Virus record (IMG/VR): IMGVR_UViG_3300021400_002728 | Span: 165,154-229,153 of that record | DNA length: 64,000 nucleotides | Reading direction: 5' to 3' (one strand) | Source: a virus | Lineage: Duplodnaviria; Heunggongvirae; Uroviricota; Caudoviricetes | In this document: piece by piece, positions 51,155 to 60,252 of the stretch | Numbering within the stretch: position 1 is the stretch's first letter | Layout: every line of letters begins with the position of its first letter | Position numbers and translations under genes: made by a program | The notes under the pieces: model-generated | Database searches by the model: none | Told to the model about the DNA's origin: nothing | The model's input: the letters and a program-made list of their open reading frames with translations, nothing else

Positions 51155-51289
51155 ATTTATACCTCCTATTCTACAAGCTGATATACATAAGATTGTTCTA
51201 GTAAATCACCTATAGAGTAACCTCTTGAAAAATATGAATGTTTTTCTAAAAACTTACGATAAGCTTTTACAGTGTAAGCTTTTTTAGTT

Positions 51290-51661
51290 CTATATACAAT
51301 CTCCTGAATAAATCTTTTTTCTTTTACCAATATCATGTATACTTATTGAATCAAATTCTGGTCCAATAAAGTCAAAGTCTGCTATTTCTTCACAGCCAGT
51401 TGAAAACTGATTTTTGAATATTTGTTCTAATGCTTGATCATCTTCAAATGTTTCTTCAAGTAAATTATCAAAACAGTCGTATTCATCTTCAGCATCATAT
51501 ATCTCTGTAATGATGTTTGTACCATTTTTAGACTTATACTCTACTATGGTATTATCTTCAACAAATTCTCTAAATTCAAAAATATACTTATGCTCATTAT
51601 ATTCTTTAGCATTATAATCATCTATCTGCGAATTTAATGAATACTTAGTATTAAGCTGCAT
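51290..51661 (-). CDS. hypothetical acidic protein
   Basis: start MQLNTK behind GGAGG. Confidence 0.65.
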   Translation of the reverse strand: MQLNTKYSLNSQIDDYNAKEYNEHKYIFEFREFVEDNTIVEYKSKNGTNIITEIYDAEDEYDCFDNLLEETFEDDQALEQIFKNQFSTGCEEIADFDFIGPEFDSISIHDIGKRKKIYSGDCI

Positions 51662-51684
51662 GATGAATACCTCCTTTATCAAAC

Positions 51685-51726
51685 AAAATGACCTGCTTCT
51701 TTCGAAACAAGTCATTTTTCACATTC
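51685..51726 (-). repeat. leader element copy 11, hairpin half only (CTATTTAATTATA half at 52034-52049)
   Basis: GAATGTGAAAAATGAC abuts the stop codon of 51727-51999. Confidence 0.8.
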
Positions 51727-51999
51727 TTACTTATCTAAAACTAATTTCATTCCTTTGCCCCAAATCATAGTCTCAACTGGTGCATATAGATCATTGAACT
51801 TCTGACTTTTCTTAGGCTTGATATTGATTAGTGTAACTTTATTACCATCTAAGCTAATATCTCCTTTCATCTGAAGTTCATTAAGTTCATTTTCAACTTC
51901 TTCTTCCGTCATTTCTGATACATCAGCAATTTTTGGAATATCTAATTCAAACTCGTTACTATTAAAGTAACTTCCTAAATAACTTAAAACTTTATCCAT
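51727..51999 (-). CDS. small possible winged-helix protein lying between the two halves of a leader element
   Basis: IPKIADVSEMTEEEVENELNELQMKGDI. Confidence 0.6.
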   Translation of the reverse strand: MDKVLSYLGSYFNSNEFELDIPKIADVSEMTEEEVENELNELQMKGDISLDGNKVTLINIKPKKSQKFNDLYAPVETMIWGKGMKLVLDK

Positions 52000-52110
52000 T
52001 TTTGCTCCTTTGCTAAATAATTATATCTTACACTTATATAATTAAATAGCACTTCAATATGGAGCAAAAATAAAAAGGTGTACCACTTTTATATGATACA
52101 CCTTTATTAT

Positions 52111-53184
52111 TTATAAACAGTTTTCCAAATCATCTGCATATTTACTAAATTGCTCATATAGATTTAATGTATCAGCTATTTGCTGAATAAATTTAGTTAA
52201 CTGCGTTTGTGACTGTATAAATGATTCTACATTAAAATGTTCTCCTTTATCAGTCATTATATCTATTATAAATTTATAATTTATTTGATTATCAGATTTT
52301 AACTTTTCAACTTTAAATAAAGGAATTTTAGTATCTACAGCACAAATAATTATTGTATTCATTTTAATGTCATCGTCTATTTCTAAACTAAAAAATTCAT
52401 CAATAGAATCATAGTATGATTGAACGTTTAATTTATTTGATTCACTAATTTTATAAATAAAATCTTTTACAGCGTCTTCTACACCTAAAGCACACTTATC
52501 TGGATTTTGTTCCATCCATTGGCTAAGTGTTAACTTATGGTCTTCTAAATATTCTTCTACTGAAGCTTGAACGTAATAGTCTTTATCATTGATAAGCTTA
52601 TCAAGTCCATATCCGTATCTTGCTACTTCTACACGAACCCAATTAACTTCATCATTGATAAGTGTATCTAAACTATAACCTTGTGCAGCTACTGCCTTTC
52701 GAACATGATAATTTTTATCATTAACAAGAATATCAAGTCCATATCCTTTATAAGCTACGCTAGCGCGAACAACTCTATCTTCATCATTAACAAGAATATC
52801 CAGCCTATAACCATGTCTTGCTACTTCAGCACGAATATGTGATTCTTTATCATAAACAAGTTTATCTAGACCATAACCTTGTTTTGCTACTTCTTTACGA
52901 ACGTCATAATCTTCATCATTAACAAGAATATCAAGTCCATATCCATGTTTTGCTACTTCCCATCGAATCCAAGATTCTTTATCATAAACAAATTTATCTA
53001 GACCATAGCCATGTTTAGCTAATTCGAATCGAATACTAAATTCTTTATCATAAACAAGTTTATCTAGACCGTAGCCTTGTTCAGCTACTTTGTATCGAAT
53101 ATTAATATCATCACTATCAACTTGTTTATCTAATTCAGGATCTGTACCATAAGGTGTCCAATTACAATTTTCTGATATATACAT
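52111..53184 (-). CDS. HEAT/LRV-like tandem repeat protein
   Basis: about 8 repeats of GYGLD.LV.D....(V/I)R..VA.. Confidence 0.8.
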   Translation of the reverse strand: MYISENCNWTPYGTDPELDKQVDSDDINIRYKVAEQGYGLDKLVYDKEFSIRFELAKHGYGLDKFVYDKESWIRWEVAKHGYGLDILVNDEDYDVRKEVAKQGYGLDKLVYDKESHIRAEVARHGYRLDILVNDEDRVVRASVAYKGYGLDILVNDKNYHVRKAVAAQGYSLDTLINDEVNWVRVEVARYGYGLDKLINDKDYYVQASVEEYLEDHKLTLSQWMEQNPDKCALGVEDAVKDFIYKISESNKLNVQSYYDSIDEFFSLEIDDDIKMNTIIICAVDTKIPLFKVEKLKSDNQINYKFIIDIMTDKGEHFNVESFIQSQTQLTKFIQQIADTLNLYEQFSKYADDLENCL

Positions 53185-53230
53185 AATAATCTCCTTATAA
53201 ATTTCTAAATTATATATATATAATTTTTAG

Positions 53231-53956
53231 TTACATGTTCATTTGATTATATAAATCTACTATAGGTTCGAATATATTTCTAAATTCATCAATCCATGAT
53301 TCAATGACTTTTTCTAAATCTGAATCTGAATCTGAATCAAAATAAACTGAAGTACCAGTACCAAAATCATTTTCACATGTAAGATCATAATCACCATCTT
53401 GATCTCTGGTTATACGTATTTTAGAAATACTATTAACATTAATTATAAATTCATCATCGTCTCTTTTATCAATATCTTCAACTTTTATATTATATTTTTC
53501 AAAAATTCGTCTAATGTCACTCTCACTAATTTCATCTACTATGCAGTCATCATAGTTAGTTGGTAATTCAAAAAATTGAAAAATATCGCCAGATCTAGCA
53601 AATTCTTTTTGTTCTTCTACTATCTTTTCTACACAATCCCAATAAGTAGGATCATCTTCATCAGGTAATGTTGTATATTGTAAACCACTAGCACCCTCTG
53701 CTAAGTCTTCTTCAGAATAATCAATATACTCAATACTCTCTTCAGCTCGTCCATCTTCATAAATTAAAAACTTAAAAGTTATTTTACCAAAACCGCATTG
53801 GTTACTAGAAGATCTTCTATCGTTAGCGCTTATAGTAACTTCTGCACCTTCTGAATTATACTCTATATTATCTACTTCTACACTAGCAAATCTAGATTCA
53901 TCATATATTTTATTGTATAATTTTTCTTCAATTATTTTCATAATATTTTTCTTCAA
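53231..53956 (-). CDS. hypothetical acidic protein
   Basis: long ORF. Confidence 0.6.
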   Translation of the reverse strand: MKKNIMKIIEEKLYNKIYDESRFASVEVDNIEYNSEGAEVTISANDRRSSSNQCGFGKITFKFLIYEDGRAEESIEYIDYSEEDLAEGASGLQYTTLPDEDDPTYWDCVEKIVEEQKEFARSGDIFQFFELPTNYDDCIVDEISESDIRRIFEKYNIKVEDIDKRDDDEFIINVNSISKIRITRDQDGDYDLTCENDFGTGTSVYFDSDSDSDLEKVIESWIDEFRNIFEPIVDLYNQMNM

Positions 53957-53960
53957 TAAT

Positions 53961-53990
53961 AAAAAGCGCCTTAGTTTTCACTAAGACGCT
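53961..53990 (-). terminator. intrinsic terminator after 54013-55149
   Basis: AGCGTCTTAG..CTAAGGCGCT followed by T tract. Confidence 0.65.
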
Positions 53991-54012
53991 GTAATTATTT
54001 ATTTGTTAATTA

Positions 54013-55149
54013 TTACAGAATAGCACCGATAGCGTTCTGTACACAATCTACATACTCATTCATGTCATTCTCTTCAAGTACCTCAATAAGATCTTCAAGA
54101 GTCTTCTTGAGTTCTGCCTTGGTAGCGATCTGTCTTACAGGTCTCTTACCACCGGAAGTGATGTAGAGAGTGAAGGTGTAGAATGCATCTGTAGGTTCTA
54201 CCTTAGAGATACCACAAAGTCTACGTCTACCATTATCGCTGCCATCCTTATCTGCGGTGTAGATAGATACGTTCATTGCGTCCTTTGCATTTGATCTAGA
54301 TACAACCAACTTAGTACCTCTACCACCTCTTTCAAGGTTATCACAGAAGTCTTCGATGTTGGTATAGAGTGCTTCCCACTCCTTCTGATAAGCTTCAGGT
54401 GTAGAGCTAGTAAGGTGAGCTACAAGACCATCAACATATCCGTCAAACTCAGAACCATCTGCATTCTGGATTGCCTTAAATACCTTAGAGTTAGATCTAA
54501 CAAGAGAAATAACCTCGTCCTTAGGAACCTTAGGACATACCCAAGTATCTTCAGGAAGACCTACTTCTTCGTTGATCTTCTTTCTAAGTGCTGCATGAAT
54601 GTCCTTAAACTCTGCCTTGCTGATAACATTACCAGGTCTCTGAGGAAGAGTACCACGAAGATCATCGTCATTTCCATATCTCTTAGAAAGTTCTACTGCT
54701 TCCTTATACATAGCCATCAGATCTGCAACTGACATACCACTGAAATCAGGATGATATGCTGAGAAGAATCTAGTTGTAGGAATATCACCTACTGCGATAG
54801 TAGAAGAATTCTGCTCGAACTCATCAGGATGAGCTGCCTTATATTCCTTCCACTTCTTATCTGCTGCTTCGATCTGAGTCTTATACTTAACTCCCCACTC
54901 AGCATTGTGCTCATGCTCTGCCCAAGTGTCCTTGACCTCATAATCAGTCTTAGCAGTATGAGTTACATAAGTAGGATCGTCAGTACCAATAACGATTGCC
55001 TTAATATCAGCTGCAACATCTCTTGCCACATTGTGGATAAAAAGAGGAGTAGCCTTATAGGTACCGTCATCGTTAGGCTGGAAGTATCTCTCATCGATAT
55101 TTCCAGAAAGCTGGAACTTCTTGTTACTAAGCATTTCAAATAAAGTCAT
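54013..55149 (-). CDS. hypothetical protein, probably highly expressed
   Basis: own sigmaA promoter and terminator; AAG/TTC/ATC-rich codons. Confidence 0.75.
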   Translation of the reverse strand: MTLFEMLSNKKFQLSGNIDERYFQPNDDGTYKATPLFIHNVARDVAADIKAIVIGTDDPTYVTHTAKTDYEVKDTWAEHEHNAEWGVKYKTQIEAADKKWKEYKAAHPDEFEQNSSTIAVGDIPTTRFFSAYHPDFSGMSVADLMAMYKEAVELSKRYGNDDDLRGTLPQRPGNVISKAEFKDIHAALRKKINEEVGLPEDTWVCPKVPKDEVISLVRSNSKVFKAIQNADGSEFDGYVDGLVAHLTSSTPEAYQKEWEALYTNIEDFCDNLERGGRGTKLVVSRSNAKDAMNVSIYTADKDGSDNGRRRLCGISKVEPTDAFYTFTLYITSGGKRPVRQIATKAELKKTLEDLIEVLEENDMNEYVDCVQNAIGAIL

Positions 55150-55200
55150 GATAATTACTCCTTTCGAATTATAGGTTCTTTTATTTGATTTGATATAATT

Positions 55201-55232
55201 ATTATATCACGATCTAACCTATTTGTAAATAG
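55201..55232 (-). promoter_or_regulatory. sigmaA-type promoter
   Basis: CTATTTACA-N17-TATAAT with TG. Confidence 0.8.
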
Positions 55233-55258
55233 TTATTTGTAAACTTTTAGTATTTATA

Positions 55259-55471
55259 TTAAATACCCAATTCTTCAGTATTCAACCATAAATATCCAGA
55301 AAAATCTTCATCAAGATAAGCTTGTCCATCTTTTGGATTGTAGATAAGCTTACATTTTTCAGAACCAAATGGATGAATGACTGTATCAGATGGAAGTTGG
55401 CTTAAAGCCTTTACTAATTGACCAGTAGTATTAACATTTTTTAATAATACTTGAACATCAACTTCGCTCAT
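55259..55471 (-). CDS. hypothetical protein
   Basis: start MSEVDV behind AAGGAG. Confidence 0.6.
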   Translation of the reverse strand: MSEVDVQVLLKNVNTTGQLVKALSQLPSDTVIHPFGSEKCKLIYNPKDGQAYLDEDFSGYLWLNTEELGI

Positions 55472-55490
55472 TTTGATCTCCTTTCCAAAC

Positions 55491-55556
55491 AAAATGACTA
55501 ACCTTATATTTAATAGACTAGTCATTTTTCACATTCATTCTTATAATATTAAATAG
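55491..55556 (-). repeat. leader element copy 12
   Basis: matches consensus. Confidence 0.85.
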
Positions 55557-55692
55557 CTCTTATTGAACTGTACTCATCCATAAATCATTAAGTACTTCAC
55601 CAGGTACGTTATAGTATAAATAATAACCTAAAACCATACCTAAACCAATTGCAACTAAAATAGCTATTCCAATTATAACTTTCTTTTTCATT

Positions 55693-56049
55693 TTAACAAT
55701 ATTTCCTTCCACTTCCATACGGTATTGGTGATCTAGATCCTCTATAGATAAAGGTACCATCATCATTAACAATAAACTCTAACCAAACATTGGTTTTAGG
55801 ATTACCTAAATTAAAAGAATCATCACCTGTAATTTCAATTCCTTCAAGTTGGTCAAATAAATCTTGTAGACTATCTTCATCGTCAAAACTCATTTGACTA
55901 AATAGAAAATCTTTGCCTCTGACAATATTTCTACCAAGAGCGCGTATAATACTGTATTGGTCAAAGAAATTTCTTTTCTCAGAGGCGTCAATCATTTCTT
56001 TATAGAATCGAATTTTCTTAAATTCATTATTCTTAATCAATTGACTCAC
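55693..56049 (-). CDS. hypothetical protein
   Basis: overlapping-gene operon. Confidence 0.6.
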   Translation of the reverse strand: MSQLIKNNEFKKIRFYKEMIDASEKRNFFDQYSIIRALGRNIVRGKDFLFSQMSFDDEDSLQDLFDQLEGIEITGDDSFNLGNPKTNVWLEFIVNDDGTFIYRGSRSPIPYGSGRKYC

Positions 56050-56333
56050 CTTCTTTTTATATACTCATAATAAATCTTTTTAATCTCTTCCTGATCTGCT
56101 TTACTTATTTCAGTTTTATATGTTTCTGCACTACCATCTTCAAAGCCCTCTTCTACAAAGAAATGGAATGAATTATTGTCATCTTCCCAGACTTCAAAAC
56201 CAAATAAAAGATAACCGTTGTCTCCATTATCTACAATATAGTCAGAAAACATATAGCTGCCTTCTCCAGCATATTCTTTTAGATGTTCAAGATCTACATT
56301 TTGGCATAAACCATATTGTGTTTGAACTACCAT
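56046..56333 (-). CDS. hypothetical protein
   Basis: ORF with RBS. Confidence 0.65.
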   Translation of the reverse strand: MVVQTQYGLCQNVDLEHLKEYAGEGSYMFSDYIVDNGDNGYLLFGFEVWEDDNNSFHFFVEEGFEDGSAETYKTEISKADQEEIKKIYYEYIKRR

Positions 56334-56344
56334 AATTGTACTCC

Positions 56345-56821
56345 TTAATCTGCACTATATTCTCTGTACCAATTTTCATCATCAGAGTCTAAGTATTTAT
56401 ATTCTGGTGCAGGACCTACATTTGGTCTAGTTTCACCATCACTAAAATGTTGTATTTCTGACTCATTTCCAAAGAGAGCGAACTTAAGCACTTCTTTGTT
56501 CCAACCATCTGGAACTCCCATATCTTCTGGATGATCTTTATACTGTTCAATGGCTCTTTCAAAATAAGAATCATGACCTCCGTAAACAATCTCTTCTACA
56601 CCTGAGATATAGAGGAAATTGACTAATTTATCTATATTCTCACGATCGGCTTTCCAACCATGAATAATAGAATAGATAACTTTTTCTGACGGCTTCAAAG
56701 AAGTTTCATCATCTACGTAAATGAATCTCTGTGGTACATGAATACCTTGACTCTTAGGAATGATTAAAATATTAGCACTTGAGCTGTTTGTTTCAAAACA
56801 ACTTGTTCTAATCTGTATCAT
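56345..56821 (-). CDS. FETNSSS-motif family protein
   Basis: MIQIRTSCFETNSSSAN. Confidence 0.75.
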   Translation of the reverse strand: MIQIRTSCFETNSSSANILIIPKSQGIHVPQRFIYVDDETSLKPSEKVIYSIIHGWKADRENIDKLVNFLYISGVEEIVYGGHDSYFERAIEQYKDHPEDMGVPDGWNKEVLKFALFGNESEIQHFSDGETRPNVGPAPEYKYLDSDDENWYREYSAD

Positions 56822-56832
56822 ACTATACCTCC

Positions 56833-57033
56833 TTATTTAAGTAACAATATAATTACACCGTCATACGCTCTTATCTGATCTACATCAGATTCAAGTAATT
56901 CATTCTTGTCTTTCTCAGGCATAGTAGCTCTAAAATCTGCACAAGGACCGTTATATTTAACTACACCTTGTCCATCATGAATACTAATCTTATCTATAGC
57001 TGAGATCATAGAAATAATTTTTGATAAAGGCAT
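56833..57033 (-). CDS. small hypothetical protein (paralogue family)
   Basis: MPLSKII...VKYNG. Confidence 0.6.
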   Translation of the reverse strand: MPLSKIISMISAIDKISIHDGQGVVKYNGPCADFRATMPEKDKNELLESDVDQIRAYDGVIILLLK

Positions 57034-57162
57034 ATTATAGTCTCCTCTTTATAATTTATAAAATAACTTAAATTCTAATGCTAAACTAATAAGCTCTTCA
57101 TTGTTTAAGCAATCAGTTAACTCATACTTTTCATTAAATTCATTTTGTAAATATTTTATCCT

Positions 57163-57888
57163 TTATAATTTACGCATTACATTAAATTCTACTGCTAAAA
57201 CTGGAAGTTCATCACGTATTCTACTATTTGGTTCGTAATTTTCTGAAAATTTAGTTTTTAAGAAATTTAACACTTCATCTAAATTTAATCCATATGAATC
57301 ACAAAATTCTTGAACAGTTCTAATATCCATTATATAAAAATAATCTTTTACTTGCTTTTCATTTCTATAATACCATTCTTCAGTAGATGTTCCCCAACCA
57401 CTAGGTATATACCAGTTATTTAGACTTCCATAAGTATTTAATAAATTAACTACAACTTCACGTCCACCTAAAAATGCTATATCTTCACTATCTAGGCTAT
57501 CTGAATACAAGCCTGCTTCTTCATAACTACCACCACTTTTAGCACCAACAGTATCTATATCTATACCTAAATTATAAAAAATATTGTAAATAGTTGCTCC
57601 ATTATGTATATCCATAAGAATATTAGGTGGTAATTTCATATTCATAGGAATCCAACCTTTTTCTCTACATTCTTTAATATTAAGTGAATCACTAGATAAT
57701 AACTCTATAATAATATTTTTATCTAAAATTTCAAATGCAATATCTAATATTCCATTTTCAGCAAAAACTTCTATTAAATCACTATCATATTCAATTTCAT
57801 CTTTAAGATCAGATAAAATAAGCTTAATTGTAGCTTTATCTATATGATTCTTAACAAGACTTTCTATAAGACTATTTTCATATATCAT
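57163..57888 (-). CDS. hypothetical protein
   Basis: ORF with RBS. Confidence 0.65.
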   Translation of the reverse strand: MIYENSLIESLVKNHIDKATIKLILSDLKDEIEYDSDLIEVFAENGILDIAFEILDKNIIIELLSSDSLNIKECREKGWIPMNMKLPPNILMDIHNGATIYNIFYNLGIDIDTVGAKSGGSYEEAGLYSDSLDSEDIAFLGGREVVVNLLNTYGSLNNWYIPSGWGTSTEEWYYRNEKQVKDYFYIMDIRTVQEFCDSYGLNLDEVLNFLKTKFSENYEPNSRIRDELPVLAVEFNVMRKL

Positions 57889-57900
57889 ATTATTATCTCC

Positions 57901-58143
57901 TTATTCAATCATAACTAAAAGATAGTCATTAGTATATTTCTGAGCAATTACACTATATTCAGATAACTGTCCATAGTTACTTCTTGATACCTTATAAAAA
58001 TCTCCAACATTAAAATCACTTAAAGATGATAATAACTGCTGCATCTTTAACTGCTCACTTGCAGGAACATTTGCGCTCCAAGTAAATAATACTTTGTCAT
58101 TCTCAATGTCAGTGAAGCTTAAAAACTGTGGAAATGTCATCAT
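57901..58143 (-). CDS. hypothetical protein
   Basis: ORF with GGAGG RBS. Confidence 0.6.
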   Translation of the reverse strand: MMTFPQFLSFTDIENDKVLFTWSANVPASEQLKMQQLLSSLSDFNVGDFYKVSRSNYGQLSEYSVIAQKYTNDYLLVMIE

Positions 58144-58156
58144 GTTAATGTCCTCC

Positions 58157-58624
58157 TTAATAACCTCCGTCTTCTGGATCTTCTAAATTTGTTTCACATT
58201 CCTCTTCAAATGTACACATAACAATCTCATACATATCAGTACCTTTGAAAGTATGTATGTTCTGAAATGGTTCATTTGCCGGATTACATTCTTGAAGTAA
58301 ACTTCCTGGAATATCTGCCTTATAAACACATGAGTTGATGTCTTTATAATATTCGCATCTATTATTCCAATCATACTCAAAATTATTTTGGTTTAATGAG
58401 TCTATATCAACTTTTAGAACTACTATATCTTCTGGACACTCATCAGCGCATTCTGCATAAGCTTCAGCCGCATCAGCATCTAGTGCTAGAAATATCTTAC
58501 CTTTAAGAGCTGCTACACCTATTTCCTCTTTAAACGCATGTTCAGGTGGATTAATTAGCAATCCGTTTTGTTTGATAGACTCTAAATTTTTTCTGTCTGT
58601 TGCATGATAGAGATATAAACTCAT
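58157..58624 (-). CDS. ADP-ribosyltransferase-fold protein (Tpt1/KptA C-domain-like)
   Basis: LYHAT...NL.SI...GL, IFLA.....A..YA, VVLKVD, IP...L. Confidence 0.6.
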   Translation of the reverse strand: MSLYLYHATDRKNLESIKQNGLLINPPEHAFKEEIGVAALKGKIFLALDADAAEAYAECADECPEDIVVLKVDIDSLNQNNFEYDWNNRCEYYKDINSCVYKADIPGSLLQECNPANEPFQNIHTFKGTDMYEIVMCTFEEECETNLEDPEDGGY

Positions 58625-59061
58625 GTTGTTACCTCCTCATCACAAGTAAGACTAATATAAGACTCTTTTAATTGCTGATAAATAGTAATAAACTGTTCAG
58701 CTACATCCGAATCATATCTATCGAATCTTTCATAATAACCATCATCCAAAGCATCTTTCATAGCCATAAGATCTGACTTATTAGTTTTATGACTAGCTAC
58801 AAATAAGAATAAATCTGTACGACTATCCACCTCTGTAAGATACTGAATCATCTTTTGAAGTTGATCATTATTTAAGATTCCTTTATATATAGGCATATCA
58901 TTAAACAAACATTCTAATACATGCTCATGAATAGCATTATATGCCTTCTTTTCAGTTTCAAATATAACTTCATCACCATCCAGTTGAACAGTAAAATAAG
59001 GTCCATCAGTAGAAATATCATAATCACCATTGAAGGTATGAATAGTTTTTAATATTTCCAT
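58621..59061 (-). CDS. hypothetical protein
   Basis: ORF with GGAGG RBS. Confidence 0.65.
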   Translation of the reverse strand: MEILKTIHTFNGDYDISTDGPYFTVQLDGDEVIFETEKKAYNAIHEHVLECLFNDMPIYKGILNNDQLQKMIQYLTEVDSRTDLFLFVASHKTNKSDLMAMKDALDDGYYERFDRYDSDVAEQFITIYQQLKESYISLTCDEEVTT

Positions 59062-59081
59062 ATTAACCTCCTTAATAAGAA

Positions 59082-59141
59082 AAAATGGCTAATCCTTTCA
59101 GATTAACCATTTTTCGCATTCATTCTATTAATATTAAATAG
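59082..59141 (-). repeat. leader element copy 13 (covariant stem)
   Basis: AAAATGGTTAATC..GATTAGCCATTTT on minus strand. Confidence 0.8.
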
Positions 59142-59145
59142 CTCT

Positions 59146-59358
59146 TTAGCCACCATAGTGGGAATCTCTCCAGTCCTGATATTTTTCTCTAGCAACTTCA
59201 TACTGTTCAGTATAATATTTGAAAGCAACATCCATTACTTCAGAACTATATTCTTTTATGAAATCATCCTTACTCATAGGATGCATGCAAGAAAAATCTG
59301 AGCTGGACCTTAATTGAATTGTTTTGAGTATATCCTTTAATTCATCTTCACTTTTCAT
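59146..59358 (-). CDS. hypothetical protein
   Basis: ORF with RBS. Confidence 0.6.
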   Translation of the reverse strand: MKSEDELKDILKTIQLRSSSDFSCMHPMSKDDFIKEYSSEVMDVAFKYYTEQYEVAREKYQDWRDSHYGG

Positions 59359-59367
59359 ATAAACTCC

Positions 59368-59843
59368 TTACTGAACGAAGTCCTTGAGATCAGTAAAGAC
59401 AAGAGTCTTAATCTTATCCTTATACTTAGAAGCCTTCTCGAAGTCTTTGATATACTTATCACATCTCTTAAGAATTACGTCCTTATCTGTGTCCTGAGGA
59501 ACCTTGACATAAAACTCCTTATAACCGTCTGTCATAACTACGATAGAAGCATATCCAGCTTTGACTGCTTTCTTATAATACTTCTCATAATCTGCGAGAA
59601 CTAAGATCTCATAAAGCAGACACTCAAGACCATAAATGCTATCCGGTCCATAAAACTCTTTTGCTACTGCATCAAGTTCCTTAGTATCAAATTCATATTA
59701 ATCAGGTCCACCCCCCAACCGTCTTGAGACCAGAAACCTTTCTTAACTCCATTGAAGTAAATATTTCCCTGATAATTAGTCGGATATTCATGACCTCTAA
59801 AAGTCTTTACATTCTTTATCTCGATTCCTTTTATACTTGCCAT
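59368..59843 (-). pseudogene. hypothetical gene broken by a frameshift in a G-run (~59711-59716) and an adjacent TAA
   Basis: MASIKGIEIKNVKTFRGHE...DGWG/GPD*YEFDTKELD... to TAA at 59368. Confidence 0.6.
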
Positions 59844-59884
59844 AACAATACCTCCAAATATTGTGTTTGATTTATTATGGTTTA

Positions 59885-59916
59885 ATTATAACATAGAATC
59901 TAGATAATGTAAATAG
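59885..59916 (-). promoter_or_regulatory. sigmaA-type promoter
   Basis: CTATTTACA-N17-TATAAT with TG. Confidence 0.8.
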
Positions 59917-59918
59917 TT

Positions 59919-60218
59919 TTACCAGTCATCTCCAACTAAAATATCAAGACATTTGTCACCATCATGATCAAACCAATTATAGCCAAGTACTTTAACTTTT
60001 TCAGAATAACTATCTCCATCTAATGAAATAAGAATATTTTTATCCCACTTAAATACTCCGCAGAATCCAACTATAGTATCAGCTATAACTTCTACACTAT
60101 GTACCTGTACAACGTTAATAGTAGTATCTTTGAACATCTCATTAAAAGACATTGGATTTTCTACTATAGTAAAATTCTTGTATCTAGGTAATTTCTTTAT
60201 AATTTCCTTCCAATTCAT
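59919..60218 (-). CDS. hypothetical protein
   Basis: start MNWKEI; GFCG.F.W....LISLDGD.Y. Confidence 0.65.
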   Translation of the reverse strand: MNWKEIIKKLPRYKNFTIVENPMSFNEMFKDTTINVVQVHSVEVIADTIVGFCGVFKWDKNILISLDGDSYSEKVKVLGYNWFDHDGDKCLDILVGDDW

Positions 60219-60252
60219 TATAATTATTTTTCTCCTTAATATAAAGTTCTCT

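Noticed and set aside
52560-53100. Tandem DNA repeats of about 66 bp
   Set aside because: Explained by the HEAT/LRV-like protein repeats of 52111-53184.
30382-59700. Stop-codon reassignment (TAG=Gln or TGA=Trp)
   Set aside because: The in-frame stops are one each of TAG, TGA and TAA. Coding density is already high under the standard code, and TAG/TGA end several genes at sensible positions.
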